Made by a program: the position numbers and the translations under genes | Shown here: positions 29,881 to 40,542 of the stretch, one piece after another | How the letters are laid out: each line of letters starts with the position of its first letter | Numbering within the stretch: the first letter of the stretch is position 1 | The notes under the pieces: model-generated | Databases searched by the model: none | The model's input: only the letters and a program-made list of their open reading frames with translations | What the model was told of the DNA's origin: nothing | From: Methanobacteriota archaeon | GTDB lineage: Archaea > Halobacteriota > Bog-38 > Methanoflorentales > Methanoflorentaceae | DNA: 64,000 nucleotides | Direction of reading: 5' to 3' | Assembly: GCA_963720465.1 (NCBI GenBank) | Contig: OY970393.1 | Span: 1,920,001 to 1,984,000, forward strand

Positions 29881-30516
29881 CTAGGTGATCGCGCACGTGC
29901 ACTCGAGCACGTCTTCAAACCGATCGTTCACCATTTCCCAGTTCACGATGTTCCAGAACGCGTCGACGAATTTCGGCCGCTCGTTCTTGTAGTCGAGATA
30001 GTAGGCGTGCTCCCAGACGTCAAGAACCATAACGATGCGGAAGTTTGGATAGACGTTGACATTGTGCTTCTCTATTTGCATTATTATGGGCCTGTTTGTC
30101 AGCTTGTCGAGCGCCAGCGCTGCCCATCCTGACCCTTCGGTGGTTGCCGCAGCTTTGCTAAACTCCGCCTTGAATCGATCAAAGCTGCCGAACTCGTCGT
30201 TTATGGCATCGGCCAACTTGCCTTTAGGGCCCCCGCCGCCTCCTTTGCCGGCAGGCGCCATCGTGGGCCAAAAAAGTTTGTGGAGTATGTGGCCGCCGAT
30301 GTTGAACGACAACTCCTTTAGCGTAGCCTTAGCGTCTAGGTCTGCGTTGCTCTTGCGTGCAGCATCGAGCTTCTCAAAGGCCGCGTTAGCACCGTTTACG
30401 TACGCGAGATGGTGTTTGTCGTGGTGAATCCTGAGCTGTTGCTCAGAGATATAGGGCTCTAAGTCGTTATAGCCATAGGGCAGATCTGGCAAGACATAAA
30501 ACTTGTTCGCTTCCAT
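29881..30516 (-). CDS. sod: Fe/Mn superoxide dismutase
   Basis: [32 protein letters not shown]; likely start MEANKFY at 30516. Confidence 0.95.
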   Translation of the reverse strand: MEANKFYVLPDLPYGYNDLEPYISEQQLRIHHDKHHLAYVNGANAAFEKLDAARKSNADLDAKATLKELSFNIGGHILHKLFWPTMAPAGKGGGGGPKGKLADAINDEFGSFDRFKAEFSKAAATTEGSGWAALALDKLTNRPIIMQIEKHNVNVYPNFRIVMVLDVWEHAYYLDYKNERPKFVDAFWNIVNWEMVNDRFEDVLECTCAIT

Positions 30517-30642
30517 AGGTCTCATCTCCTTCTGATTGCAATCAGGCTTTAACCTCTGCGAAGGCAAGATATTTACGCTTAATCCTCTTTAACCAAGGCT
30601 TTCTACCAAAATAAATGTCGCCACGTCTCAACCAGCATTAAC

Positions 30643-32025
30643 TCACAAACTATGACGCGAGAATGCGCCACGCAATGCGTCGCCGATGGCGTGTTGTACG
30701 GGGCCCAGAACGAAGCCGAGCTGCTTCTTTGCGAGAGCCCGCCGCAAGTAGGACGCTCGCACGTAAAAACCAAAGTATGCTTTCAAAAACCACCGGTGCA
30801 GTTCAGCTGTCGAAAGGGCACTCGTACGAACCACGGGTTTTGTGAGGGTAAACTTACTCCAGTCATCCAAGGTAATCTCGAGATCGTAGTTGTCGATGTT
30901 GTCGTACAGCTCAGTTCCCGGATAGGGCGTGGTGACCGAAAACATTGCGAAATCCGGCGTGACCTGTTTTGCGAGGTTGATCGTGTCGACGACCTTCTGC
31001 TGGTCATCCCCGGGCAATCCGATCATAAAGGACGCCGTTGTTGCGTAATCGTAGTTTCTAAGCACGTCAAAGGCGTTAATCACCTGATCGGTCGAAAACC
31101 CTTTCTTGATGAGCTTCAGCGTGTCGTCCGAGGCAGACTCAACGCCAAAAAAGAGCCCGTTGCAGCCGACTTCGCGCAGCCTGCCGAGTAAGTCATCATC
31201 AATGGAGTCAACACGCCCTGTGCACGACCAGCTAAACTTTAGGTTGTTTGCCTCTACCAGATCGGCAAACTTGAACGCGCGCTCTTTGTTGAGAATGAAA
31301 TTGTCATCGAGCATTGTGACGTTTTCGTAGCCTTGGCCAACGAGCTGAGCCACCTCCTCGAAGACGTTGTACGCGCTCCGCGACCGAAACGTCTTGTGGT
31401 ACATATTTGAGGAGGCGCAGAAAATACACCTGAACGGGCATCCTCTGCTCGATATGACTCCGGTGCTGCGAGGCGGCGAGTACTTTCCCATTGGGAGCAA
31501 GTCCCTCGCGGGAAACGGAATATCATCCAAATCGGCGATCAGCTTTCTGTCTGGGTTTCGAATTATCGCGTCAGCGTCTCGCAGGGTGATACCCTCAACG
31601 TCGTGCAAACTGCCTGACTCGATGGAAGCTGCGACGTCGAGCATTGTGGCCTCTCCCTCCCCCCTAACAACGGCGTCAGCCGCTGATTTCTCGAGACACT
31701 CGCGGTCCAAAAAAGTTGCCTGTGGACCGCCGAGAACTACCTTCGTACCATTGTTCGATTGTTTAATGAGGTTCGCGAGCGCAAGGGCTGAGCTGTAAGT
31801 TGGTGCAGTCGTCGTGATGCCGACGAGGTCCGCCGTCCGCACGCGCTCCGTAATCTGCAAGTTGCTCAGCCGGTCAACTTCAGCATCTATGATAGCAACG
31901 CGATGACCGTGCTCTCTGAGAAAAGCGCCCATATAAGCGAGCCCAATCGGCGGCGAGCAGATATTCAGCTTTCTGACGTCTCCCTTGCTAAACGGCGGTT
32001 GAATAAGCGCAACGACGATACCCAT
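30643..32025 (-). CDS. cobalamin-binding radical SAM protein (class B methylase type)
   Basis: PPIGLAY B12-binding domain, SRGCPFRCIFC, FGVES, TPYPGT. Confidence 0.9.
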   Translation of the reverse strand: MGIVVALIQPPFSKGDVRKLNICSPPIGLAYMGAFLREHGHRVAIIDAEVDRLSNLQITERVRTADLVGITTTAPTYSSALALANLIKQSNNGTKVVLGGPQATFLDRECLEKSAADAVVRGEGEATMLDVAASIESGSLHDVEGITLRDADAIIRNPDRKLIADLDDIPFPARDLLPMGKYSPPRSTGVISSRGCPFRCIFCASSNMYHKTFRSRSAYNVFEEVAQLVGQGYENVTMLDDNFILNKERAFKFADLVEANNLKFSWSCTGRVDSIDDDLLGRLREVGCNGLFFGVESASDDTLKLIKKGFSTDQVINAFDVLRNYDYATTASFMIGLPGDDQQKVVDTINLAKQVTPDFAMFSVTTPYPGTELYDNIDNYDLEITLDDWSKFTLTKPVVRTSALSTAELHRWFLKAYFGFYVRASYLRRALAKKQLGFVLGPVQHAIGDALRGAFSRHSL

Positions 32026-32438
32026 GACGATCCGACCAAGCTTCGAGCTATTCTAGCGAAAACTCAAATGGCTGCCATCGAGGTCTAGTTTTCTCTGCTG
32101 TTCCCAAAGAACTAAATATGTTAATAATTTAGCTATGCAATTATTTAGCTCTTTGTCATTCCTAAACGAATAAAAGAGTCTAAAATTGAGTTTTCTGTGG
32201 TGGTCGTAGTGTGCCAGGCAGCGAGTGCCGTCCCACGCAGTCGCTGGAGGATCACAAGACGATCTTGTTGCTGTCCTGCGGGCACCACCTAAGCGATCCA
32301 AGGCCAAACCGCGTCGACGGCGTGAAGCTGCCAAAAGCGCTCGCGCACCGTTTCAACGCAGAAGTGAGGATATAAATAGGAACAAAGCAGATTATTGGAA
32401 AGTGATTATTCTCCGTCGAAGGGTTAGCAGGTGATCAC

Positions 32439-32993
32439 ATGGACGAGAGACGAATGAAAGGTAGAAAAATGACCACGAGAGAAAATTGGATGCTGGATAC
32501 CCTTGCTGATGTCAGACGCGCACTCGACGCTGTGCTTGCGAGCGCTGAGGACCTCTACAAGAGGCTTGTTCCGGAGCCGCAGCGCTCGCGTGCTGAGCAC
32601 TTGTACAAAACGTACGTACCCGATTTCATACCAATGCCTCGAGGGCCGGTTAGGACCCCAGACGTAGATATTATCGACGTCGGGACAGAAATTCACCTGG
32701 TGGCTGATCTGCCAGGGGTCAAGAAAGAGGACATTGACATCAACCTCACGCCAGACACCATAGAGATTAGTGCCGAATCAAAAGCTGAAATAGCACGTGA
32801 GCAGCAACCGTACGCTCGTCGGGAGAGGGGCTATATGGCGTACAAGCGAAGAATGTACTTGCCAGCTTCAGTGATTCCAGACAAAGCTAAAGCGCGATTC
32901 AACAACGGGGTCTTAGAGGTTACAATGCCCCGAAAAGAGCCTGTCGAAAAGGTTACAGGCGTCAAAGTGGATATCAAGAATACGGGTGAATAG
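32439..32993 (+). CDS. small heat shock protein (Hsp20/alpha-crystallin)
   Basis: VDIID, ADLPGVKKEDI, ARFNNGVLEVTMP; exact start uncertain. Confidence 0.92.
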   Translation: MDERRMKGRKMTTRENWMLDTLADVRRALDAVLASAEDLYKRLVPEPQRSRAEHLYKTYVPDFIPMPRGPVRTPDVDIIDVGTEIHLVADLPGVKKEDIDINLTPDTIEISAESKAEIAREQQPYARRERGYMAYKRRMYLPASVIPDKAKARFNNGVLEVTMPRKEPVEKVTGVKVDIKNTGE

Positions 32994-33011
32994 ATTTAAA
33001 ACGCAGAAAGC

Positions 33012-33039
33012 CGTCCTTTCCATAACGTCCTTTCCATAA
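33012..33039 (+). repeat. perfect 14-bp tandem duplication
   Basis: CGTCCTTTCCATAA x2 just after the Hsp20 stop. Confidence 0.9.
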
Positions 33040-33311
33040 ATACGGACGTGCACGGCTCTGTGTCAGATTGCTGCAAACGTGAGATAGTTTCGCTTTATTA
33101 ATTTTGGCCTGCGCGCAGGTCTCACGTTTTTGCTAGTGGATCAGCTGGCAGTAATTTGCGCACACCTAGGAAGCTCCTCCTCATAAGCTTCTGGTGCGTG
33201 GCGCGAATGTCGAAGGTCAATAAAATCCACGCGCTTAATAGAATACGGCTTCATCATCTTATATTCCTTCTCGCAAATACATATACAAGGAACGGTGACG
33301 TTGAATAGGCG

Positions 33312-35918
33312 TTGCGCAGAGGGGTTGTTTACTCTCGACAGACACGTTTTTCTGGTTGGAGAACGTCACACAGGAGAACCACCGACGTGTCATTAGCTCA
33401 TTATCCGGCGTTTTTTACGCCGACAGAAGAAGAGAAGCGTCTTCCCGAGCTAACTGTCTCGATAGGCATCATTGACTCGCAAGTGCGCTTCGCCTTCAAT
33501 CAGAACCGCGTTGCTGATTTGCCGCCAGCGATTCAGGCACAAGTGCGGCAGATGCTAGGTCAGTTTGAACGTGATTTTGCTACGTGGGTTTCCTTGAGTC
33601 ATAATCAGCCAGCGCGAACGCTCCCAGCGCGGGTAGTCCTTGCGACCAGTTCGCCGGCTCTCGACGTTGACACAAACAGCATAGCGTTAGCAAGCGTGGA
33701 CGACAGTGTCATTTATCTGAGCTATGCCGTGCTGCGAGAAGGCGTGCCCGTGGGTTTTCGACTCGGCGTGTTTGCGTACGTGTTTGACTGCCGTGCGCGA
33801 AATGGAAACAACAGAAACCGAGACGAACTCCTCGATGAACTCTCACTGCCGCTTCTCAAAGATCAAGTCAACGTGTTGGGGGCGCCTGAGCGCTATGCGA
33901 TGTTCGCCGACGAAGACTGGTTGGACGCATTGTCCGCGCATTTGGCGAAGAAGCTCTCGCATTTGGGCGTGCAAGCGCCCCCGCTCGCCACCTCAAAGCC
34001 CACTGCGCTTGGCAAGCGAGAAACGCTTTCGCACGAGCCCGATACTGAGCTTTCGGAAGAGCAACGTCAGCGGATAGCCGAGTTAGCCGCGAGAAATAGA
34101 ATAGACAAGGCCCTCCTCCTCAAGAAGATGCGCACGCTCGTGACCATTATCTCAACGGGACTGGGTGAGGATGTTGACATCAGCGTCGTTCCTGGCGAAT
34201 GGTGGGCTTTTGACTATGAGAGTAACACCATAACCTTCCCTCTTGTCGACCTCGTCACAGCACCGCCAGAGAAAATCATCGGCTCCTTGTTGCACGAAAT
34301 CGGCCACTACCAGGTAACGCGTGTCGACGTGAAACATCCGATCTTCATGCGTCTTCTTTCGAGCGAATCATTGCGCTTACTGCTCAACACGTTCGAAGAT
34401 CCGCGCGCAAGTAACTGGATGAAAGCCACGTTTAAAGGAACGGCCCCCTATTTTGATCTCATTTACGACGATCTGTTGTTAGAAGACCTCAGCGTGACAG
34501 CTTACAGCCACAAATTACAGAAGGAGGTGCAAAAATACGCGAATTCAACGATTCAGGCGTACCAGCTGTTCCCGCATCTCGAGTATCTGTTGTGCGTTCT
34601 GTACTTTTGGCGGTTTGGCAGGCTTCCTTCGTACGTGATAAGTCCACAAGTGAGCGCCGCTCTCGAAAGCACGGCTCAGTTTTTTCAATCAATCTTCGAC
34701 CACTATCCCCCCAGTCGCGCGACAGAGCAAGACAAGCTTCGTTACGCACTGGAAGCGGCCGGACAGATACAGAGCCATATTCTAGAGCCGTACGAGAAGC
34801 TGCTCAAGCAAGCCGCCGACAACCTTGCGCTAACTATAGAGCGCGGGCAGCAACCTCTCGGCGAAGGTGAAAACCCGTCTGAAATCAACCTGCAACCACT
34901 GGAGCAAGAAGCGCAGGAGATCCTCGACGAGCAAGCCAAGGAACTCGCCGATCGGTTGTCTGCTAAGCGAAATGTGCCCGAATCGGTTGATGCAGATGTC
35001 CTTGAACAAAAAATTGGGGAGAACAGGGATAGCCTTGAGCACGTGCGGCTCTCAGCACACAAGCCGCACTCCGAACTCACCCGAAGAGATCTTATCGCCC
35101 AGCGCCGGCACCTCGAGTTCGAACGCAGCCGCCGTATGAACGAATACCACCGGGCGTACGCTGCGGTGTCGGGATTGCTGCATATCCTCGTCGGAACGCT
35201 CGAAAATGTGCTCGCAAAGAATCGCAAGCCAAAGTACGAAGGCTACTATGCTTCTGGCCAAAAACCAGATTTGCGTCGTGTGATGGACGTTACGCGCAAG
35301 ATGCAACAGGGCTTGCCAACGACCAAGAAAGATTTCGACGTATTCCTCAAGCGTAGGCGGCCGACTCGGTTGGATCACCGGATTATGTTGCTTTTAGACG
35401 AATCAGGCTCCATGCAGGAACCAAAGCGAACTGCTGCACTGCAAGCGCTTTTACTCTTCATGGAAGCGTTCGATTATCTGGGAATCAACTACGCGATCAT
35501 CGGCTTCGCGGACGCGCCAATCATCCATAAGCCGTTTGGAGATACACTGACTCAGCGTGCTCGTGAGGATGTGTTTGAGGACGTATCTCAGTTTATTCCG
35601 CTCGGGGCAACGGCAGATGCCGACGCGCTCGCGTTAGGGATCGACCTATTCGATCGAGAGCTAGAAGATGTGTATCGCCTCATGATCGTCATATCCGACG
35701 GGGAAGGAAACGTCAACACGACTGGCATAACGTTCAAGGAACTACAAGACGTGGCGGAAACAAAAGCCATAAGCTTGATCGGCATCGGTATCGGCGAACA
35801 GGCAAAAACGATAGGCACGCGGTATGACCATCCGATACAGGTCGCTACTGTTGACGAGCTGCCGTTGACGTTGGGCCGCGTGCTGCAGCAAGAGGTGACG
35901 AGTGATTCATCCTCATAA
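33312..35918 (+). CDS. VWA-domain protein with HExxH metallopeptidase-like (CobT-type) region
   Basis: LLHEIGH...LLNTFEDPR; C-terminal MIDAS LDESGSM...GATAD...ISDGEG; start may be GTG at 33387. Confidence 0.85.
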   Translation: MRRGVVYSRQTRFSGWRTSHRRTTDVSLAHYPAFFTPTEEEKRLPELTVSIGIIDSQVRFAFNQNRVADLPPAIQAQVRQMLGQFERDFATWVSLSHNQPARTLPARVVLATSSPALDVDTNSIALASVDDSVIYLSYAVLREGVPVGFRLGVFAYVFDCRARNGNNRNRDELLDELSLPLLKDQVNVLGAPERYAMFADEDWLDALSAHLAKKLSHLGVQAPPLATSKPTALGKRETLSHEPDTELSEEQRQRIAELAARNRIDKALLLKKMRTLVTIISTGLGEDVDISVVPGEWWAFDYESNTITFPLVDLVTAPPEKIIGSLLHEIGHYQVTRVDVKHPIFMRLLSSESLRLLLNTFEDPRASNWMKATFKGTAPYFDLIYDDLLLEDLSVTAYSHKLQKEVQKYANSTIQAYQLFPHLEYLLCVLYFWRFGRLPSYVISPQVSAALESTAQFFQSIFDHYPPSRATEQDKLRYALEAAGQIQSHILEPYEKLLKQAADNLALTIERGQQPLGEGENPSEINLQPLEQEAQEILDEQAKELADRLSAKRNVPESVDADVLEQKIGENRDSLEHVRLSAHKPHSELTRRDLIAQRRHLEFERSRRMNEYHRAYAAVSGLLHILVGTLENVLAKNRKPKYEGYYASGQKPDLRRVMDVTRKMQQGLPTTKKDFDVFLKRRRPTRLDHRIMLLLDESGSMQEPKRTAALQALLLFMEAFDYLGINYAIIGFADAPIIHKPFGDTLTQRAREDVFEDVSQFIPLGATADADALALGIDLFDRELEDVYRLMIVISDGEGNVNTTGITFKELQDVAETKAISLIGIGIGEQAKTIGTRYDHPIQVATVDELPLTLGRVLQQEVTSDSSS

Positions 35919-38900
35919 CTCGTCAAGACGCGACGCTCCAAGGGACAGGCGACGGCCTTCTGAAGTCACCGGCGATAGGTTCACTGCCGCGCTCGGAGCA
36001 TTAATCGCTGCCGTTTATCTCAAACTTAAGCATGACTTTCCCGACTTTTTTACAATTCGGGATTTGAAACGGGCAACTGAAGCAGTGACGCTGTTCCTGG
36101 AGTCTGGCTTAAGCGAGAAAGATGCGTTTGTTGAAGCGTGTCGCTATGGATTCATGCGGGTACGACCCGAGAATGAAAAGATCATCCGTTCAATAGTTGA
36201 AGAGCAACAAAACATCAAAGAAGTGCTAACGGATTTTGAACCGTTGGATCTCACTTCGCAAGCTCCACAGCTGCCCGCGCTGCTCACTTCTCTTTCCGAA
36301 GGCGCGAACTCTTTCGTAGAGATTCTCATCACCTTTGCTGCAAGTCCTCGCATTAAGCCGCTCTTGAGCGCGCTTTACGCGTTAGTGAGTGCATCGGACA
36401 AACAGACCCAGATCGTCGGACGCAAGATCGCATATCAAGTTCTTGTCGCTGATTTTTTGCGCGAGATTATTGTGGAGGAATTGGAAGGCGATTTAACCGA
36501 TGCAGCATGGACTGCACGCCAAGAAGCCGTCGCCGTTCTGGCCTCCGTGTACACGGAGCGCATCAGGGAGGGAAAAGCCGTCGACACGAGTCTTCTCGAG
36601 CTGTTGCTTCGCGATGAATCGTGGGCCGTACGGCAAGCGACCGCCGAAGCACTCGGCACCGTCTACGCAGCACTCATCCAACGAGGCACGGATGTCGATC
36701 TCAAAGCTCTTGAAGCGGCTCTCAGTGATCGATCCTGGGTTGTACGCAAAACAACCGCGAACGCACTCGGCACCGTCTACCCAGCGCTGATCGAACACGG
36801 GAATGCGGTTCAAATGGCCTCTCTGCAGCGCCTGCTGACTGATCACGACACAGAGGTGCGCCAAGCCGCGGTGCGGGCTTTAGGTGTGTCTTATCCAGAA
36901 CTTGTCAAACGCGGCGAGAGCGTTGACATGGACGCGCTCGAGGCCGATCTTGGAGATCGTGACGAGAAATTTCAAGTGGCGCTCATGAATACCCTCGGTC
37001 GCGTTTATGTTTCGCTGCTCGACCGAGGAGTGGTGCCCTCATTATCAAAGCTTGAGCGCGCGCTTGACAGCGAGTTCCTCGGAGTGCGTAAGATGGCAGC
37101 GCAGGTTCTGAGCGCTGTTTATCCGGCGTTCATAAAGCATGACGTGCAGATAAACTTAGCTCAAATTGAACGGGGCCTGGACGGACTGATCGATTACATT
37201 CGGCAAACGACGATAGAGGCCATCGGTATCATCTATCCGGCGCTGATTGAGGTAGGCGTAGCGATAGACGTGTCACGCTTAGAGACTGGGCTTACTGATG
37301 AATATTGGGCCGTACGGCAAGCGACCGCCGAAGCACTCGGCACCGTCTACGCAGCACTCATCCAACGAGGCACGGATGTCGATCTCAAAGCTCTTGAAGC
37401 GGCTCTCAGTGATCGATCCTGGGTTGTACGCAAAACAACCGCGAACGCACTCGGCACCGTCTACCCAGCGCTGATCGAACACGGGAATGCGGTTGACAGC
37501 ACACTGCTCGAGCGCCTTTTGTCAGACTCAAATGACCAGATGCGTCGGACTGCGGCTAGTGCGATGAGCCGCGTTTGCCTCGCCCTAACTGAGCGCGGGA
37601 CCGCCGCCGTAAACGTAGCGCCTCTAGAGCAGCTGCTTACTGATCACGACCCGGGCGTGCGTCGGACAACGATAGAAGCGCTTGGCGCGATATATCCAGC
37701 GCTGCTTCAAAGGGAAGCGGCCTTCGAGGTCAAAGAATTAGAGAAATCGATACACAGCAAACACTCAGGAGTTCGCGTGGCAGCGGCCGAAGCTCTAAGC
37801 AGGGTCTACTCAGCACTCATCGAACGCGGGACCGCCGTAAACGTAGCTCCTCTAGAGCAGCTGCTTACTGATCACGACCCGGGCGTGCGCCGGACAACGA
37901 TAGAAGCGCTCCAACGAGTCTATCCGCGACAAGTCAGTGAGGGCAGGGCCACGCCGCTGCGCGAGCTGGAGCGCGCGCTGGACGACGAGGCGGCCGATGT
38001 TCGCGCTGTCGCGCAAGACCTTTTCGCCAGCGTTGCGCGCGTAGTGTTATCGGGCCAGGAGGAAGCAGGGTTTGCGGAGGCCATTGAAAAGCTGGGGGAG
38101 GAGCTAAACGAGCCATTGTCTGCCCCACTTTCTGGTGCCTATTCGTCTTTTGTTGTGTTGGGAAAAGACTCCCTTCAGGTAGGCCGTCTGACCCTGAAGA
38201 AGAAGCAACTACGCACCAGCACACCGCCGTGCATCGTGACCAAGGCCTCGTACGAGATGCTCTACGCTATCGCTTCAGCGTATCGTCTGCACCACCCGCT
38301 CTTGCTGATGGGGCCGACGTCTACGGGGAAGAGCTTCTTGGTCAAGTGGCTAACTGAGGCGCTGGGCAACCAACACGTCTCGTACACGCTCAACCCGTAC
38401 ATTTCCAAGTCAGAACTCATAGGCGGGATAAAGCCAAACAAACGAGGCATCTTTGCCTGGCAGGATGGGATCATACTCAAGGCAGCCAAGCGCGGCATGT
38501 GCCTCGTTCTCGAAGAGCTCAACCTCGCGACCTCTGAAGTCCTTGAGATACTGAATGACTACCTGATCACCGGCAAGTTTGTCTATTCAGAGGATGGCGA
38601 TCAACGCGTTGTCGAACCATCAAACGAATTCCGGCTGTTTGCCACAGCGAACCCACTGAGTTACGCGCAAAGAGAACGGCTTTCGCAGGTGTTTGTGTCG
38701 AGATTCAAAGTGCACTATCAACCCGAGCTGAGCGAAGAAGACCTCATTGAGATTTTGAGCGGGCTATTCGACATTCCCGCTCATTTGGCGTACTCGGTGG
38801 CGTTTTTCCACACTACCCTGCAGGAACAAGCGGACTCGAAAGTCATCGGCAAGGAGGAAAAAGAGCCATACATATTCAGTTTGCGCGACTTGATACGGCT

Positions 38901-39729
38901 CGGTAGGCGATTAACGCCGGCTATACAGGCGAATGTGCCCGAACCAGAGCTTTTGCAGCTCTTCGCTAGAGAACTATCAGATATTTATGTGGCACGCGTT
39001 CGAAACGGCGACGAACGGGAAGCTCTTGTAAAGCTTGTCGACACGCTCTTTGGCCTTAAAACTAAAAGCACGACCATTGAGGACGTTCTTGCTGTCGGTA
39101 TTGAGCAGCTGGAGCAGTTCTTAGCGGACTTGTCGGTTACTCGCGGTCGCCACCTTATCCCTGGCCAAGAGGCTAACATTGTCCCGACCAAAACCCAGAG
39201 ACATACGCTCGCGAGCGTTGTCAAAGCGCTCTTTTTCAATGAGCCGATTCTTTTGGTTGGCTACCCTGCTTCAGGCAAAACGACGTTGATACGCTACCTT
39301 GCACGAGAGAAGAAAACAGACCTCTACTACGTTAACCTGTCATCAGACTCAGGTCTCGAGGAGCTCTTGGGTGGCTACACGCAAGGCCGCAGCGGCAAAT
39401 GGCACTACAAGCGAGGGCTGCTTTTTAAGGCTATTAAGAAGGGCGCGTGGCTTTTGATTGACGAGGCAAACCTCAATCCTCTCTCTGAGTATCTCAACAC
39501 GTTATTAGACTTCGGCTACGTTGCCGATGAAAAGGGGACCCTCTTTGAACTACATCCCAATTTCAGGTTGTTCTTTTCCATCAATCCTCCTAAAATTCAC
39601 CCGTCGCGAAACGTGCTCTCTCCCGCGCTGCGCACCAGGTTCAACGAGATTTGGATCGAGGAAATCACTGACCCAGAAGAACTATCAGAATTGGTCGAGA
39701 GCTGGAAGCACGCTCAATCGCCGATGTGA
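35902..39729 (+). CDS. HEAT-repeat protein with two dynein-related (midasin/MoxR-like) AAA modules
   Basis: HEAT array, then GPTSTGKS/FAWQDG/LEELNLA/FRLFATANP/SRF, FSLRDLIR linker, then GYPASGKT/IDEAN/HPNFRLF/LSPALRTRF. Confidence 0.88.
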   Translation: MIHPHNSSRRDAPRDRRRPSEVTGDRFTAALGALIAAVYLKLKHDFPDFFTIRDLKRATEAVTLFLESGLSEKDAFVEACRYGFMRVRPENEKIIRSIVEEQQNIKEVLTDFEPLDLTSQAPQLPALLTSLSEGANSFVEILITFAASPRIKPLLSALYALVSASDKQTQIVGRKIAYQVLVADFLREIIVEELEGDLTDAAWTARQEAVAVLASVYTERIREGKAVDTSLLELLLRDESWAVRQATAEALGTVYAALIQRGTDVDLKALEAALSDRSWVVRKTTANALGTVYPALIEHGNAVQMASLQRLLTDHDTEVRQAAVRALGVSYPELVKRGESVDMDALEADLGDRDEKFQVALMNTLGRVYVSLLDRGVVPSLSKLERALDSEFLGVRKMAAQVLSAVYPAFIKHDVQINLAQIERGLDGLIDYIRQTTIEAIGIIYPALIEVGVAIDVSRLETGLTDEYWAVRQATAEALGTVYAALIQRGTDVDLKALEAALSDRSWVVRKTTANALGTVYPALIEHGNAVDSTLLERLLSDSNDQMRRTAASAMSRVCLALTERGTAAVNVAPLEQLLTDHDPGVRRTTIEALGAIYPALLQREAAFEVKELEKSIHSKHSGVRVAAAEALSRVYSALIERGTAVNVAPLEQLLTDHDPGVRRTTIEALQRVYPRQVSEGRATPLRELERALDDEAADVRAVAQDLFASVARVVLSGQEEAGFAEAIEKLGEELNEPLSAPLSGAYSSFVVLGKDSLQVGRLTLKKKQLRTSTPPCIVTKASYEMLYAIASAYRLHHPLLLMGPTSTGKSFLVKWLTEALGNQHVSYTLNPYISKSELIGGIKPNKRGIFAWQDGIILKAAKRGMCLVLEELNLATSEVLEILNDYLITGKFVYSEDGDQRVVEPSNEFRLFATANPLSYAQRERLSQVFVSRFKVHYQPELSEEDLIEILSGLFDIPAHLAYSVAFFHTTLQEQADSKVIGKEEKEPYIFSLRDLIRLGRRLTPAIQANVPEPELLQLFARELSDIYVARVRNGDEREALVKLVDTLFGLKTKSTTIEDVLAVGIEQLEQFLADLSVTRGRHLIPGQEANIVPTKTQRHTLASVVKALFFNEPILLVGYPASGKTTLIRYLAREKKTDLYYVNLSSDSGLEELLGGYTQGRSGKWHYKRGLLFKAIKKGAWLLIDEANLNPLSEYLNTLLDFGYVADEKGTLFELHPNFRLFFSINPPKIHPSRNVLSPALRTRFNEIWIEEITDPEELSELVESWKHAQSPM
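36622..37494 (+). repeat. 189-bp identical internal duplication (36622-36810 = 37306-37494)
   Basis: Direct sequence comparison; a second ~79-bp near-identical pair lies at ~37604-37682 and 37832-37910. Confidence 0.9.
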
Positions 39730-39965
39730 AACAATAGGCCCTTGGTCGGGGTTTGCCTTAATCGAACCCGTCCTAAGACTCTTGCGAGGGATCTGTTTGC
39801 GACGTGCTGGTTGGCTGATTTCTTAACGGGCTTCGGCGCCGCTGTGCTCAACCCGTCAGGCCCGAACGATGGTCGAGTGTGATTATCGCTGGGTTTATTC
39901 TACGATGCGTGCGGCCCTCCCCTAGTGCAATAACGCTTAAGTAGCCGCCCAGTCACGTTGAGGTA

Positions 39966-40523
39966 ATGACTGAAATTGCGCTCATTTGGGATCGGCCCCT
40001 TCTTTTTGAGAAGCTATTTGTGGAGTACGGTTTCGCGTGCGAGCGCGTCTCTCCATTGCAGGTCGGCAGCGCGTACTCGCCCAAGTTCGAGGTGGCAATA
40101 CTCCCTGTAGGCTTTGGGAATCCCGCTTACAGCACCGTTGCAAAATCAGTGAAAAGCCTGGGAACGCCGCTTCGCGAGTTCGTGCGAAAAGGGGGATCAC
40201 TGGTCGCGTTCAGCCCGTACGTTGACGATTACGACTTCGGGTGGCTTGGTCTTCCGTGCCGGTTCAGGCTGCTACCGCGAGATGAGCTCGTGAAAATGGC
40301 TATGAAGAGGGAACATGCGGCAACACAGATCGTTGATGTCCTTGAGGCCCACACAGATGGCTACCTGACCGGCGCGATAGAACACGACGTGATTCTAGAG
40401 ACAGAAGACGGTGCCGTTTTGACGGTGACGTCGTCAGATAATGGGCGCTTCATATTGTCGACGATTCACGAGTTTCCAGCAAGGCGATTCATCGCGTGGG
40501 CCCTCGAATCAGCGCGAGCATAG
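39966..40523 (+). CDS. hypothetical protein (class I glutamine amidotransferase-like fold possible)
   Basis: ILPVGFGNPAYS, FVRKGGSLVAF, STIHEFP. Confidence 0.7.
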   Translation: MTEIALIWDRPLLFEKLFVEYGFACERVSPLQVGSAYSPKFEVAILPVGFGNPAYSTVAKSVKSLGTPLREFVRKGGSLVAFSPYVDDYDFGWLGLPCRFRLLPRDELVKMAMKREHAATQIVDVLEAHTDGYLTGAIEHDVILETEDGAVLTVTSSDNGRFILSTIHEFPARRFIAWALESARA

Positions 40524-40542
40524 CCTGAAAGAGGCATCATCT

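Noticed and set aside
36622-37494. DGR template/variable repeat pair
   Set aside because: Copies are identical with no adenine-specific differences, and there is no reverse transcriptase in the window
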